A DNA stretch of 45,965 nucleotides from Thermoguttaceae bacterium (GTDB lineage: Bacteria > Planctomycetota > Planctomycetia > Pirellulales > Thermoguttaceae), in the NCBI GenBank assembly GCA_051649005.1, contig JBOFGF010000234.1:1-45965 (forward strand), read 5' to 3'. Each line of letters starts with the position of its first letter. Within the stretch, counting starts at the first letter, position 1. Below, piece by piece: positions 10,081-18,139 of the stretch. Under the pieces are notes generated by a model, which saw only the letters and a program-made list of their open reading frames with translations, had not been told where the DNA came from and did no database searches. Both the position numbers and the translations under genes were made by a program.

Positions 10081-11424
10081 ATGTCAGAAGATTCCAAGTC
10101 AGAAGAATTTCTTCCTGAAAATGCTCGATCAGCTGCTGAAAAAGTGAAGGGATTTCCGCATAATTCGGGTGTCTATCTGATGAAAGACGATTCGGAGCGT
10201 GTTATTTACATTGGGAAAGCAAAAGATTTGCGAAACCGCGCTGGTTCATATTTTCATCGTGCGGCATTGGACGATTCGAGGACGGCTCCGATTTTGCGAG
10301 AAGTGCATGACATTGATTTTATTGAAACCGAAAGCGAAGTCGATGCTCTTTTGATGGAAGCTCGTCTGATAAAAGACATTCAGCCGAAATACAATCGGGA
10401 TTTGAAGGATTCCAAAACATTCCCATATTTGCAGATTCGGACACGAGACCCTTTTCCGCAAGTCGAAATAACACGTTCACCAAAATCGCACGGAGTCAAA
10501 ATTTTTGGTCCTTTCACAAATTCTTCTGGACTGCGTGGTGCGATTTTAATTTTGCAAAAAATTTTCAAATTTCGCACATGTTCTTTGCCTATTCATCCCG
10601 ATGATGACCGATGGAAATGGTTTCGTCCATGTATTTTACATTCAATTCATCAATGCACAGCACCATGCCATCGACATATCACGGCGGCAGATTATCGCAA
10701 AAGTATTCGTCGGCTCATTTATTTTTTAGAAGGAAATAAAAAAGAGCTTCTTGCTGATTTGAACCGTGAAATGAAGTTGGCCGCAAAAGAGCGGCAATAT
10801 GAATTGGCAGGCGAACTTCGTGATCAGATTCATCATCTCGAAACACTCGAACAACGTGGAAATATCGAAACAGATGTGCAGCCGGAGGCGTTCGTGATTG
10901 ACCCGCGGCGCGGTGTTCTTGGTTTGCAAAAAATTTTCAAGTTAGAATCAATTCCGCGTGTGATTGAAGGGATCGACATTGCTCATTTGGGCGGCAGTGA
11001 CATGGTCGCCAGTCTCGTTCATTTTATTGACGGTATTCCATTCAAACCTGGTTATCGACGTTTTCAGATTCAAACCGTTCACGGAGTCGATGATTTTGCG
11101 TGCATGGCCGAAGTCGTTTCGCGGCGTTTTGCGGCCTCCTCCGAAGATCACCCGCCGCCGGACATTTTGCTCATTGATGGAGGAAAGGGGCAGCTTCACT
11201 CGGCAATGGACGCTCTGTCAAAATCAATTAGCAGACCGAAAATGATTTTATCGCTCGCCAAACGAGAAGAAGAAATTTTCGTCCCAGACCAAGATGCACC
11301 AATCAAATTGAGTCGCCATTCATTTGCTCTCCGCCTTCTTCAGTCGGTGCGCGACGAGGCGCATCGTTTTGCACAGCATTATCACCACATTTTGCGCAAA
11401 AAACGGTTTCAAAACGGAAAATAA
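10081..11424 (+). CDS. uvrC: Excinuclease ABC subunit C, short form ending right after the EndoV/RNase H-like domain (no HhH2 domain)
   Basis: 447 aa. GIY-YIG (GVYLMKDDSERVIYIGKAKDLRNRAGSYF), Cys-rich segment, UVR motif (ERQYELAGELRDQIHHLE), IEGIDIAHLGGSDMVASLV, and it ends at RDEAHRFAQHYHHILRKKR. Confidence 0.9.
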   Translation: MSEDSKSEEFLPENARSAAEKVKGFPHNSGVYLMKDDSERVIYIGKAKDLRNRAGSYFHRAALDDSRTAPILREVHDIDFIETESEVDALLMEARLIKDIQPKYNRDLKDSKTFPYLQIRTRDPFPQVEITRSPKSHGVKIFGPFTNSSGLRGAILILQKIFKFRTCSLPIHPDDDRWKWFRPCILHSIHQCTAPCHRHITAADYRKSIRRLIYFLEGNKKELLADLNREMKLAAKERQYELAGELRDQIHHLETLEQRGNIETDVQPEAFVIDPRRGVLGLQKIFKLESIPRVIEGIDIAHLGGSDMVASLVHFIDGIPFKPGYRRFQIQTVHGVDDFACMAEVVSRRFAASSEDHPPPDILLIDGGKGQLHSAMDALSKSISRPKMILSLAKREEEIFVPDQDAPIKLSRHSFALRLLQSVRDEAHRFAQHYHHILRKKRFQNGK

Positions 11425-11450
11425 AAAACAATAATGAAAACGGAATAAAA

Positions 11451-11490
11451 TTGGATGTTTAGCCAGTTTTCGTAGAAAGCTGTTGTTTCA
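11451..11490 (+). repeat. Post-stop hairpin element (family R1)
   Basis: ttggatgtttagccagttttcgtagaaagctgttgtttca, 27 nt after the uvrC stop. Stem CAGTTTTC/GAAAGCTG has one G.T pair and is followed by TTGTTTC. Confidence 0.8.
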
Positions 11491-11646
11491 AAAAACAAGC
11501 GATTTTTTACAAAATGTAGTATCCGTTCACAGAAATTGTTATTTTTCCCATAAATTTTCAGTAAAACAGCTAAAAATTGATTGCCATAAAACGGCATTTC
11601 CAAATCCCATCGGCGTTCTGGAACGAATTCCGATGGCCCAACAAAC

Positions 11647-11672
11647 CCGCCAACTTACGTTGGCGGCTCGCC
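11647..11672 (-). repeat. GGCGAGCC + GNRA-loop hairpin element (family R2), minus orientation
   Basis: The plus strand reads ccgccaac ttac gttggcgg ctcgcc. The reverse complement is GGCGAG CCGCCAAC GTAA GTTGGCGG. Confidence 0.8.
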
Positions 11673-11850
11673 AAAAGTGGACGCGAATTTTGTACAAAAA
11701 AATCTAAAACGGTGAACAGATATAAAATACTATTCTTAATTTTTGCGAAAAGCGGCAAACTTTTTAGCGCACTTATTAGCGGACTAGAAGAGCAAACAGA
11801 AGCAGAAACAAGTATCTTGACTGGGGCGCATAAAATGTTAGAATTAAGCA

Positions 11851-13074
11851 ATGAATAGAATACTTATTATTGGTGCGGGCGGTGTTGGTCGGGTCGCCGC
11901 TTTCAAATGCGCCCAGCATCCTGATGTTTTCCGAGAAATAACTTTTGCGAGTCGTACAAAGTCTAAATGCGATGATATTGTCGCTGACATGCGAGCAAAA
12001 GGTATCACGGCTCCGGTGCGCACCGAGTCCATTGATGCCGACAATGTTTCAGAAATTGTCGCTCTGATTCGAGATGTGAAACCCGATCTCGTTTTACATG
12101 TCGCACTGCCATATCAAGATTTGACGATAATGGATGCCTGTCTCGAAACTGGTGTTCATTATATTGACACGGCGAATTACGAACATCCAGACACCGCCAA
12201 ATTTTGTTACAAACCACAGTGGGAATATCACGAACGCTTCAAAAAAGCGGGATTGATTGCCCTCCTTGGATGTGGATTCGATCCCGGTGTCACCAATGTA
12301 TACACCGCTTTTGCTCGAAAACATCATTTTGACCGAATGGAAACGGTCGATATTATTGATTGTAATGCGGGCGATCATGGATATCCTTTTGCCACGAATT
12401 TCAATCCTGAAATCAACATTCGAGAAATATCTGCAAATGGACGTTATTACGAAGGCGACGGCGCAGGTCATGGCTCTTGGAAAGAAACAGAGCCGCTTTC
12501 TGTGAAAAAAATCTTTGATTTTCCTGATAAAATCGGTCCGAAAGATATGTATCTTTTGTATCACGAAGAAATGGAATCGCTCGTTAAACACTTTCCTGAA
12601 GTGAAGCGGATGCGATTCTGGATGACATTCGGACAGTCATATTTGACGCACTTGCAAGTTCTGAAAAATGTCGGAATGACACGAATTGATCCTGTTATGT
12701 TTGAAGGACATGAAATTGTGCCGCTTCGATTTCTGAAAGAATTGCTTCCCGATCCCGCTTCATTGGGATCGTGTACAAAGGGAAAAACCTGCATCGGATG
12801 CTGGATTGTCGGCACGAAAGATCAAAAAGAACGGACGTATTACATTTATAATATATGTGACCACGAATCGTGTTTTGCCGAAGTTGGAGCGCAGGGAATT
12901 AGTTTCACGACTGGCGTTCCTGCCGCACTGGGAGCAAAGCTGATTTTGACAGGTATTTGGAGCGGAGCAGGCGTTTTCAACATGGAACAGTTCGATCCAG
13001 ACCCATTTATGCAGGAAATCGGCAACTGGGGACTTCCGTGGGTCGAAACATTTCCGACCTCTCCCGATTTTTAG
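11851..13074 (+). CDS. Carboxynorspermidine/carboxyspermidine dehydrogenase (saccharopine dehydrogenase family)
   Basis: 407 aa, collinear with my recollection of Vibrio CANSDH. Motifs ILIIGAGGVGRVAAFKCAQ, GFDPGVTNVY, NAGDHGYPFATNFNPEINIREI, ISFTTGVPA, GVFNMEQFDPDPFM. Confidence 0.85.
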   Translation: MNRILIIGAGGVGRVAAFKCAQHPDVFREITFASRTKSKCDDIVADMRAKGITAPVRTESIDADNVSEIVALIRDVKPDLVLHVALPYQDLTIMDACLETGVHYIDTANYEHPDTAKFCYKPQWEYHERFKKAGLIALLGCGFDPGVTNVYTAFARKHHFDRMETVDIIDCNAGDHGYPFATNFNPEINIREISANGRYYEGDGAGHGSWKETEPLSVKKIFDFPDKIGPKDMYLLYHEEMESLVKHFPEVKRMRFWMTFGQSYLTHLQVLKNVGMTRIDPVMFEGHEIVPLRFLKELLPDPASLGSCTKGKTCIGCWIVGTKDQKERTYYIYNICDHESCFAEVGAQGISFTTGVPAALGAKLILTGIWSGAGVFNMEQFDPDPFMQEIGNWGLPWVETFPTSPDF

Positions 13075-13109
13075 TGTCCATAAATCATTCAGATTTGCAT
13101 TGTTTTGCC

Positions 13110-13168
13110 GAACAACCGCTTTCTACGCGGTGCATATTGTTTCGCAAAGCGAAAGTGGGTTAAACATC
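13110..13168 (-). repeat. R1 hairpin element, minus orientation, loop expanded
   Basis: gaacaaccgctttctacg[cggtgcatattgtttcgcaaagc]gaaagtgggttaaacatc is the reverse complement of the R1 consensus with about 22 nt inserted in the loop. It lies 26 nt after the stop of the minus-strand gene ending at 13195. Confidence 0.6.
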
Positions 13169-13194
13169 TAATTGATGACAATTCGCAGTATATT

Positions 13195-13725
13195 TTATGC
13201 GGCCTGTTTTTCTGTGTAATTTTCTTCCGTCCGTTTTTTATTGATAAGATGTTTTTCTCTTTCCATTTCGAGAATCCATCTTCGAGACGGTTCTAGCAAG
13301 TCGAGACGTTCGAGCATTTTTTCCGCTTCTTCAAGTCGCATTGTGTGTCTGTACAAAGTTGCCAAAAAAAGAAGAATTTCCACATCTCTTGGATTTTTTT
13401 TGAGCAAAGGGAGGAGAATCGATTCAGTTTCGAACCAATTTCCCCTCAGATAATGTGAGAGAGCCAGCCGATATTTTTCATCTCCCTGATCAATCTGTTC
13501 GGCGACATCATACATTCGACCAATCAGCCCCGCCAAAATGCTCAAAACGATCCAAGCAACCAGCAAACCGAACAGAATCATATTTCTCTGAATCGGCGTG
13601 ATCTGGGCAGTCCAGTAAAATTCTAGTATCAGAAAAGTATCGACGAACAGTGCGAAAAGGACGGCGATTCCGAGAAATGACCAGCGTCCATGTCGCACCA
13701 TTCCACGAAAACCTGGCCACAACAT
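13195..13725 (-). CDS. Membrane protein with C-terminal TPR-like segment (hypothetical)
   Basis: Starting at the ATG at 13725 (MLWPGFRGMV), there are 2-3 hydrophobic helices followed by ALSHYLRGNWFETESILLPLLKKNPRDVEILLFLATLYRHTMRLEEAEKML. The track's TTG at 13824 would add a non-descript extension. Confidence 0.55.
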   Translation of the reverse strand: MLWPGFRGMVRHGRWSFLGIAVLFALFVDTFLILEFYWTAQITPIQRNMILFGLLVAWIVLSILAGLIGRMYDVAEQIDQGDEKYRLALSHYLRGNWFETESILLPLLKKNPRDVEILLFLATLYRHTMRLEEAEKMLERLDLLEPSRRWILEMEREKHLINKKRTEENYTEKQAA

Positions 13726-13828
13726 CGTGTTGAAAATATGTGAGAGAAAGGTGCGTGAGAAAAAAAGTGGAAAATGGAAAACATTGGATGTGTCATCTGC
13801 TAAAACAACCCCGCCAGTTCGCAAACAA

Positions 13829-13862
13829 GTTTAACCACGTTTTGCAGAAACGTGTTGTTTCG
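13829..13862 (+). repeat. R1 hairpin element, variant stem
   Basis: gtttaaccacgttttgcagaaacgtgttgtttcg has the same flanks (GTTTA.CC ... TTGTTTC) but stem CACGTTT/AAACGTG. It is the only copy not sense-oriented behind a gene. Confidence 0.65.
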
Positions 13863-13916
13863 TAATAAACGCCTGCTTAAAAATGAGGGAAAGGACGGGA
13901 GTTGTGGTGTCCCATT

Positions 13917-16265
13917 CTATTGAAAGACACGAGTGCTTTCTTCTTTGCTGATTGGCGATTTGAGATCATCTGAAACGACCTGCACGCGAACACGGTGATC
14001 GCCGTCAGTCATACATTTTGCGGCAATTCGATAAATTTTCTCCCCTTTTGCTTCAAGTTGAGTGAGATTTTCAAATTGCACGATGCCATTATTTGCTTGA
14101 TATCGAACTGGTCCCTCTGCTTTTACAAAAGTCATTCCGTCCGGTAAGTCGGCCTGCACTCGCACATTGGTCGCATTTTTTGTGCCCCGATTAGCCACTC
14201 GAATTTCATAAAAAGTCTCTTTTCCGACTTCGACCAAATTCGATTCACCGACGACTTCAAATGCAAGTGCCGAAAGCCCATCAATGGCAACTGGATGTGT
14301 CGTTTCCGATTTCAAATTTGCTTGTCCATTTCCGGTAAATCGAATGGCATGCGTTCCAGTCTGAGCAGGAAGCAATTCGAGTTCAATTTCACCGGCTTCT
14401 TGTGCCGGTAATTCTTCAAGTGCCCAATGAACGGAGTGCGTCGATGGTTCATAAACACCACTTTGATTCGTTTTGACAAACTTCATTGCAGGGGGCAATG
14501 TCGCCACAAGATCAACATTTTCCGCCGCCGCTGTTCCTGAATTTGCCACCACGAGGCGATATTTCGCTTGTCGTTCCAAGAAATTTTGTTTCGGACCCGC
14601 GATTTCCAATTTTAGAATTGGTGCCAGAGCTGAAATGGCGGTCGTTTGTTCGACCATCAAATTTCCGTTCGCACGAACAACCACTCGATTCACAAGTTCA
14701 CCAGAGCCAGTGCATGTCAAAGTGAGCGGTAATCGTTTCACTTGTTTTGGCTTTAATGTATCAATGTTTCGATTTACGAGAATTTTGCCGTCTTTGTGGA
14801 AAAGTCCATCGGGAACGTACTCTTCCAAAACAACCCCAGTTGCAGTTGCTGTTCCCGGATTCGAAATGGTAATTTCAAAATTCGCCTGCTGTCCCAGTTT
14901 GATTTCAGCCGGTGCCTTCACTTCCACTCGCAAAAGTGGACGAGTCACATTGATTCGCGCAGAAGCTTCGGCTGTATAATTGACTGCGGCAACACTTCCA
15001 ATTTCTCCTTCTTTTATCGGAAGAATACGCATTTCGACAATAATTTGTTCGTTTGCTTCGAGATCACCCAAATTCCAGACGAGATCGCCGACATGGTTCA
15101 CTTGAATTTCGGGGGCAGTCGAAAGAAGTGTCGCTCCCTGCGGCACTTTGTCCCTCAAAACAATGCTCCGAATAGCCGTATTTCCCACATTTTTGAGGAT
15201 TGTTTTGATTGTTGTTGGCTGATCGATAATCACTTCGGCGGGCAATACCTTTTCCACTGTCAAATGCGGTGTCTGTGGGCCATCTTGTGTGGCCAAACCG
15301 GGAAGTCCTGTCCCCTCTGAATTTTGCGACACCAATGTTTCCTGCACTTGTTTGACAGGCGGATTCGAACGAACAGCATTTTTCGGCGCGATGGCAATCT
15401 GTTCATTCTCAGACGCGGAAGATTGTTTTGGGTGAATCTCTGTTTGAAGTGGTGTTTGAATGTGAACTGGCGCGGCATCGTTCACATTGACACCAGCGGC
15501 AAATGGATCAGCACTGGTCAGCGGAGTCGGTGATTTGGCGACCACTTTCGGAACAGTTTGTTGGGACGAATCAGCTGCGGCAAATGGAGAAGCAGGAGCA
15601 GGCTCCACTTTAGTAATTTCCGCATTAGTGGCATCGGCAGTGACCGAATCAAATGCACTGTCAAACGCCAAATTATTTGAAGCAGGAGCAGGAAATGCCG
15701 GGGCGGAAGCAACTTCAAGTCGCTGAGGCGAAACAGGGAGCGGATGTGGTGCGGCAACTGAGCGTGCATCGGCGACATCTGCATCAAATAATGCACCTGC
15801 ATCAAATCCAGCAGTTGGATCACTCGGTGCTGAAAATCCCGGCCGTTCAAAAGCACTCGAAGATGGTGCATCCGTCTCCATTTGGAGTGCTGCCTGTGTT
15901 ACTGCTGACTGTGTTACTGCCGCCTGTGTTATTGCCCCCTGATTCACCGGCATTGATGGAAGTCTTTGAGGAAGCGGCTGGGGAGCGACGGGGGACTGAA
16001 CACCAGCACTTACCAGAACACCACCAGCGGCGGGCTCTCTGTATCGAAGCGGATTCGTGCCAGAACCCGTCCGATTGGTCAGTGTACTTACTCCTTGCTG
16101 CGGTGTCGATGCAACTTGCCCGCGAAACAAATGGACACCATTAGATGCGCTCTCCCGTTTGGTTTCATCTGTTGTTATGATGCCATTATCGGCAAAAAGC
16201 CAAAAACTGGCTCCGGCAAATAGGGCCAGTGAGACGACTCCAATTCCGAATGTAGATCGTGTCAT
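13917..16265 (-). CDS. Membrane-anchored surface protein with DUF11 (CARDB-like Ig-fold) repeats
   Basis: The ATG at 16265 gives MTRSTFGIGVVSLALFAGASFWLF (anchor), then about 330 aa of Ala/Pro/Ser/Gln-rich linker. At least four repeats follow, of the type VxKxxPxxVxxGxxxxYxIxVxNxGxxxAxxVxLxDxLPxG (e.g. FYEIRVANRGTKNATNVRVQADLPDGMTF). Confidence 0.7.
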   Translation of the reverse strand: MTRSTFGIGVVSLALFAGASFWLFADNGIITTDETKRESASNGVHLFRGQVASTPQQGVSTLTNRTGSGTNPLRYREPAAGGVLVSAGVQSPVAPQPLPQRLPSMPVNQGAITQAAVTQSAVTQAALQMETDAPSSSAFERPGFSAPSDPTAGFDAGALFDADVADARSVAAPHPLPVSPQRLEVASAPAFPAPASNNLAFDSAFDSVTADATNAEITKVEPAPASPFAAADSSQQTVPKVVAKSPTPLTSADPFAAGVNVNDAAPVHIQTPLQTEIHPKQSSASENEQIAIAPKNAVRSNPPVKQVQETLVSQNSEGTGLPGLATQDGPQTPHLTVEKVLPAEVIIDQPTTIKTILKNVGNTAIRSIVLRDKVPQGATLLSTAPEIQVNHVGDLVWNLGDLEANEQIIVEMRILPIKEGEIGSVAAVNYTAEASARINVTRPLLRVEVKAPAEIKLGQQANFEITISNPGTATATGVVLEEYVPDGLFHKDGKILVNRNIDTLKPKQVKRLPLTLTCTGSGELVNRVVVRANGNLMVEQTTAISALAPILKLEIAGPKQNFLERQAKYRLVVANSGTAAAENVDLVATLPPAMKFVKTNQSGVYEPSTHSVHWALEELPAQEAGEIELELLPAQTGTHAIRFTGNGQANLKSETTHPVAIDGLSALAFEVVGESNLVEVGKETFYEIRVANRGTKNATNVRVQADLPDGMTFVKAEGPVRYQANNGIVQFENLTQLEAKGEKIYRIAAKCMTDGDHRVRVQVVSDDLKSPISKEESTRVFQ

Positions 16266-16620
16266 GTTACTGCTAAATCTTCCTTGATGTGTCCGCAAGT
16301 ACGCCAATTTCACAAAAAATTGGCACTTCATCGCGGCAATAAAACCATGTCGAGCGGCAGTATAACAAATTTTTCATTACGAGAAAAGACCAAAATCACA
16401 AATTTCCCAGAAATGTAAATAAAATATAAAAAATCTATAAAATCCAATGAAATTTATTGAAATTCACTGTATTTCAATAAAAATGCTAAAAAAATGGAAA
16501 AAAATTAGATTCTCAAAAAAACATCGAAACTTATTGTGGTTTCTATTGTTAAAATTAGTATGGATCGGGAGTGAAATTTTCACTCTCATCACGACATTCA
16601 CTCTAACAACGGAGAAAAAA

Positions 16621-17529
16621 ATGAAAAAAGTATTTTGTTTTGGATTTGTGCTGCTCCTTTCGATGACAATTGTTTCTGTACTTTCTGCACAGCCCGGCGG
16701 CGGACGTGGTCCCGGAGGACCCGGCGGACCCGGAGGACCCGGCGGCCCGGGAGGACGTGGACCCGGAGGAGGAGGCCCCGGATTCGGAATGCTTCTTCAA
16801 AACGAAGAACTTGCACAAATGCTAAATCTGTCGGGAGAGCAAAAAGAAAAATTGAAGGCTTTTTTTGAAGCCGAACGTGCAAATGCGCCACAACGAAACA
16901 ATCAAAATGGGCCACCTTCTGATGAAGAACGACAAAAAATGGCCGCCGAACGTGAAACCCGAATGGAAGAAGCACAAAAAAAAGTTGCCGCGATTCTGAA
17001 TCCTGATCAATTTGATAAACTCAAAGAACTTCAGTTTCAATTATCTGGTGGTTTGCAGTCGCCATTTGCCGGTCTGCGCACTTTGGAAGCACTTAATTTG
17101 ACCGCAGAACAAAAGACGAAAATCCGTGCTATTGAAGAAGAACGCCGAACCGAATTTGAAGCAAATCGTCCTGCGGCGGGGCAAAATTTCAGAGAAATGC
17201 CCGAGGATGCACGACAAAAAGTATTTGAAGAAATGCGCAAAAAAGGAGAGGCAGCTGCCCAAAAATACGGTGAAAAAATTAAAAATATTTTGACACCAGA
17301 ACAACGTGAAAAGGCAGAAAAATTGACAAAAGAGGGAGCCGGTCTCCGAGAACGCATCATGCCACAGGGAAACCAAAGAGGGCCGAATGGTCAAAACGGA
17401 CCACAAGATGGCAACAGAGGCGAAAACTATCGTCCCGGAAATGATTCGTGGCAACCAGGACAAGGTGCTGCTGGTGGACCAAAACGTGAACAACGCCCAG
17501 CAGGACGTGCATTTCCAAAATCTGAGTAG
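16621..17529 (+). CDS. Secreted Spy/CpxP-like LTXXQ-motif protein with Gly-Pro-rich N-terminal segment
   Basis: The ATG at 16621 is preceded by ggag. Signal peptide MKKVFCFGFVLLLSMTIVSVLSAQ, then GGGRGPGGPGGPGGPGGPGGRGPGGGGPG. Four LTXXQ-like helices follow (LSGEQKEKL, LNPDQFDKL, LTAEQKTKI, LTPEQREKA). The track's start at 16447 adds an implausible Lys-rich extension. Confidence 0.6.
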   Translation: MKKVFCFGFVLLLSMTIVSVLSAQPGGGRGPGGPGGPGGPGGPGGRGPGGGGPGFGMLLQNEELAQMLNLSGEQKEKLKAFFEAERANAPQRNNQNGPPSDEERQKMAAERETRMEEAQKKVAAILNPDQFDKLKELQFQLSGGLQSPFAGLRTLEALNLTAEQKTKIRAIEEERRTEFEANRPAAGQNFREMPEDARQKVFEEMRKKGEAAAQKYGEKIKNILTPEQREKAEKLTKEGAGLRERIMPQGNQRGPNGQNGPQDGNRGENYRPGNDSWQPGQGAAGGPKREQRPAGRAFPKSE

Positions 17530-17551
17530 TATAACGAAAATGGCAAAAAAT

Positions 17552-17778
17552 TGAATGTTTAGCCAGCTTTCGTAGAAAGCTGTTGTTTCACAAACTGCGA
17601 ATTGTCATCAACTGAATGTTTAGCCAGCTTTCGTAGAAAGCTGTTGTTTCACAAACTGCGAATTGTCATCAACTGAATGTTTAGCCAGCTTTCGTAGAAA
17701 GCTGTTGTTTCACATACTGCGAATTGTCATCAACTGAATGTTTAGCCAGCTTTCGTAGAAAGCTGTTGTTTCACAAAC
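17552..17778 (+). repeat. Tandem array, 61-nt unit x about 3.7 (R1 hairpin + 24-nt linker)
   Basis: tgaatgtttagccagctttcgtagaaagctgttgtttcacaaactgcgaattgtcatcaac starts at 17552, 17613, 17674 and 17735. Copies are identical except for one A>T near 17715. Confidence 0.95.
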
Positions 17779-17790
17779 GCCCGCTTTCAA

Positions 17791-17825
17791 ACACCCCTCG
17801 TTTTTATTGAGGGGTGTTTGTTTTA
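17791..17825 (+). terminator. Rho-independent terminator
   Basis: ACACCCCTC gtttttatt GAGGGGTGT ttgtttta: a 9-bp GC-rich stem with a T-rich tail. The 3' arm (tattgaggggtgt) is directly duplicated at about 17824-17836. Confidence 0.7.
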
Positions 17826-17971
17826 TTGAGGGGTGTCTGTGATCGTGAACGCATACAAAGGTCAAATGGCGAATTGACTGAAACGTGACATCTCAAATAC
17901 GGTATTGCCGTTTCGCACGGTCTTTTGTGCAAAAGTGGACTAATCAGAACGACCCGAAGTCCAGAGACTTT

Positions 17972-18001
17972 TTCAAAGAGTCAATCTCAGCTCGTCGATA
18001 C
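17972..18001 (+). promoter_or_regulatory. Candidate FliA (sigma-28)-type promoter for the flagellin gene
   Basis: tcaaag-N15-cgtcgata resembles TAAA-N15-GCCGATAA and lies about 140 nt upstream of the flagellin ATG. Coordinates are approximate. Confidence 0.3.
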
Positions 18002-18139
18002 TTCAAAACGGCGGGAATTTTCGCATGAAAATTTTCTCCAAAAAAACGATGGATGATTCGTCATTCCGTTTCCATAAAACGGAGCAAACTTTCTCGACAC
18101 GGTAGTTGAGACGCTGACAAAAAAGAAAAGGATTTCAAA

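Noticed and set aside
14473-16144. Several 160-175-aa plus-strand ORFs (14473-14979, 14796-15320, 15653-16144) inside the DUF11 gene. Similar long antisense ORFs occur at 12094-12591, 21719-22234 and 43519-44014.
   Set aside because: They are antisense to well-supported genes, have no recognisable domains, and show the composition typical of shadow ORFs.
16456-16478. Perfect 8+8 inverted repeat ATTGAAAT-N7-ATTTCAAT upstream of the Spy-like gene.
   Set aside because: In AT-rich spacer DNA several such palindromes are expected by chance in a window this size. There is no second copy or supporting context.
16447-16620. N-terminal extension of the Spy-like ORF from the track's start at 16447.
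   Set aside because: The extension is Lys/Ile-rich AT-driven sequence. A canonical signal peptide begins at the ATG at 16621, which has a ggag SD.
17552-17778. Regularly spaced 61-nt repeats that look superficially like a small CRISPR array (palindromic repeat of about 37 nt plus a spacer of about 24 nt).
   Set aside because: The 'spacers' are identical in every unit, the repeat is the R1 element found singly at many other loci, and there are no cas genes. It is a plain tandem duplication.
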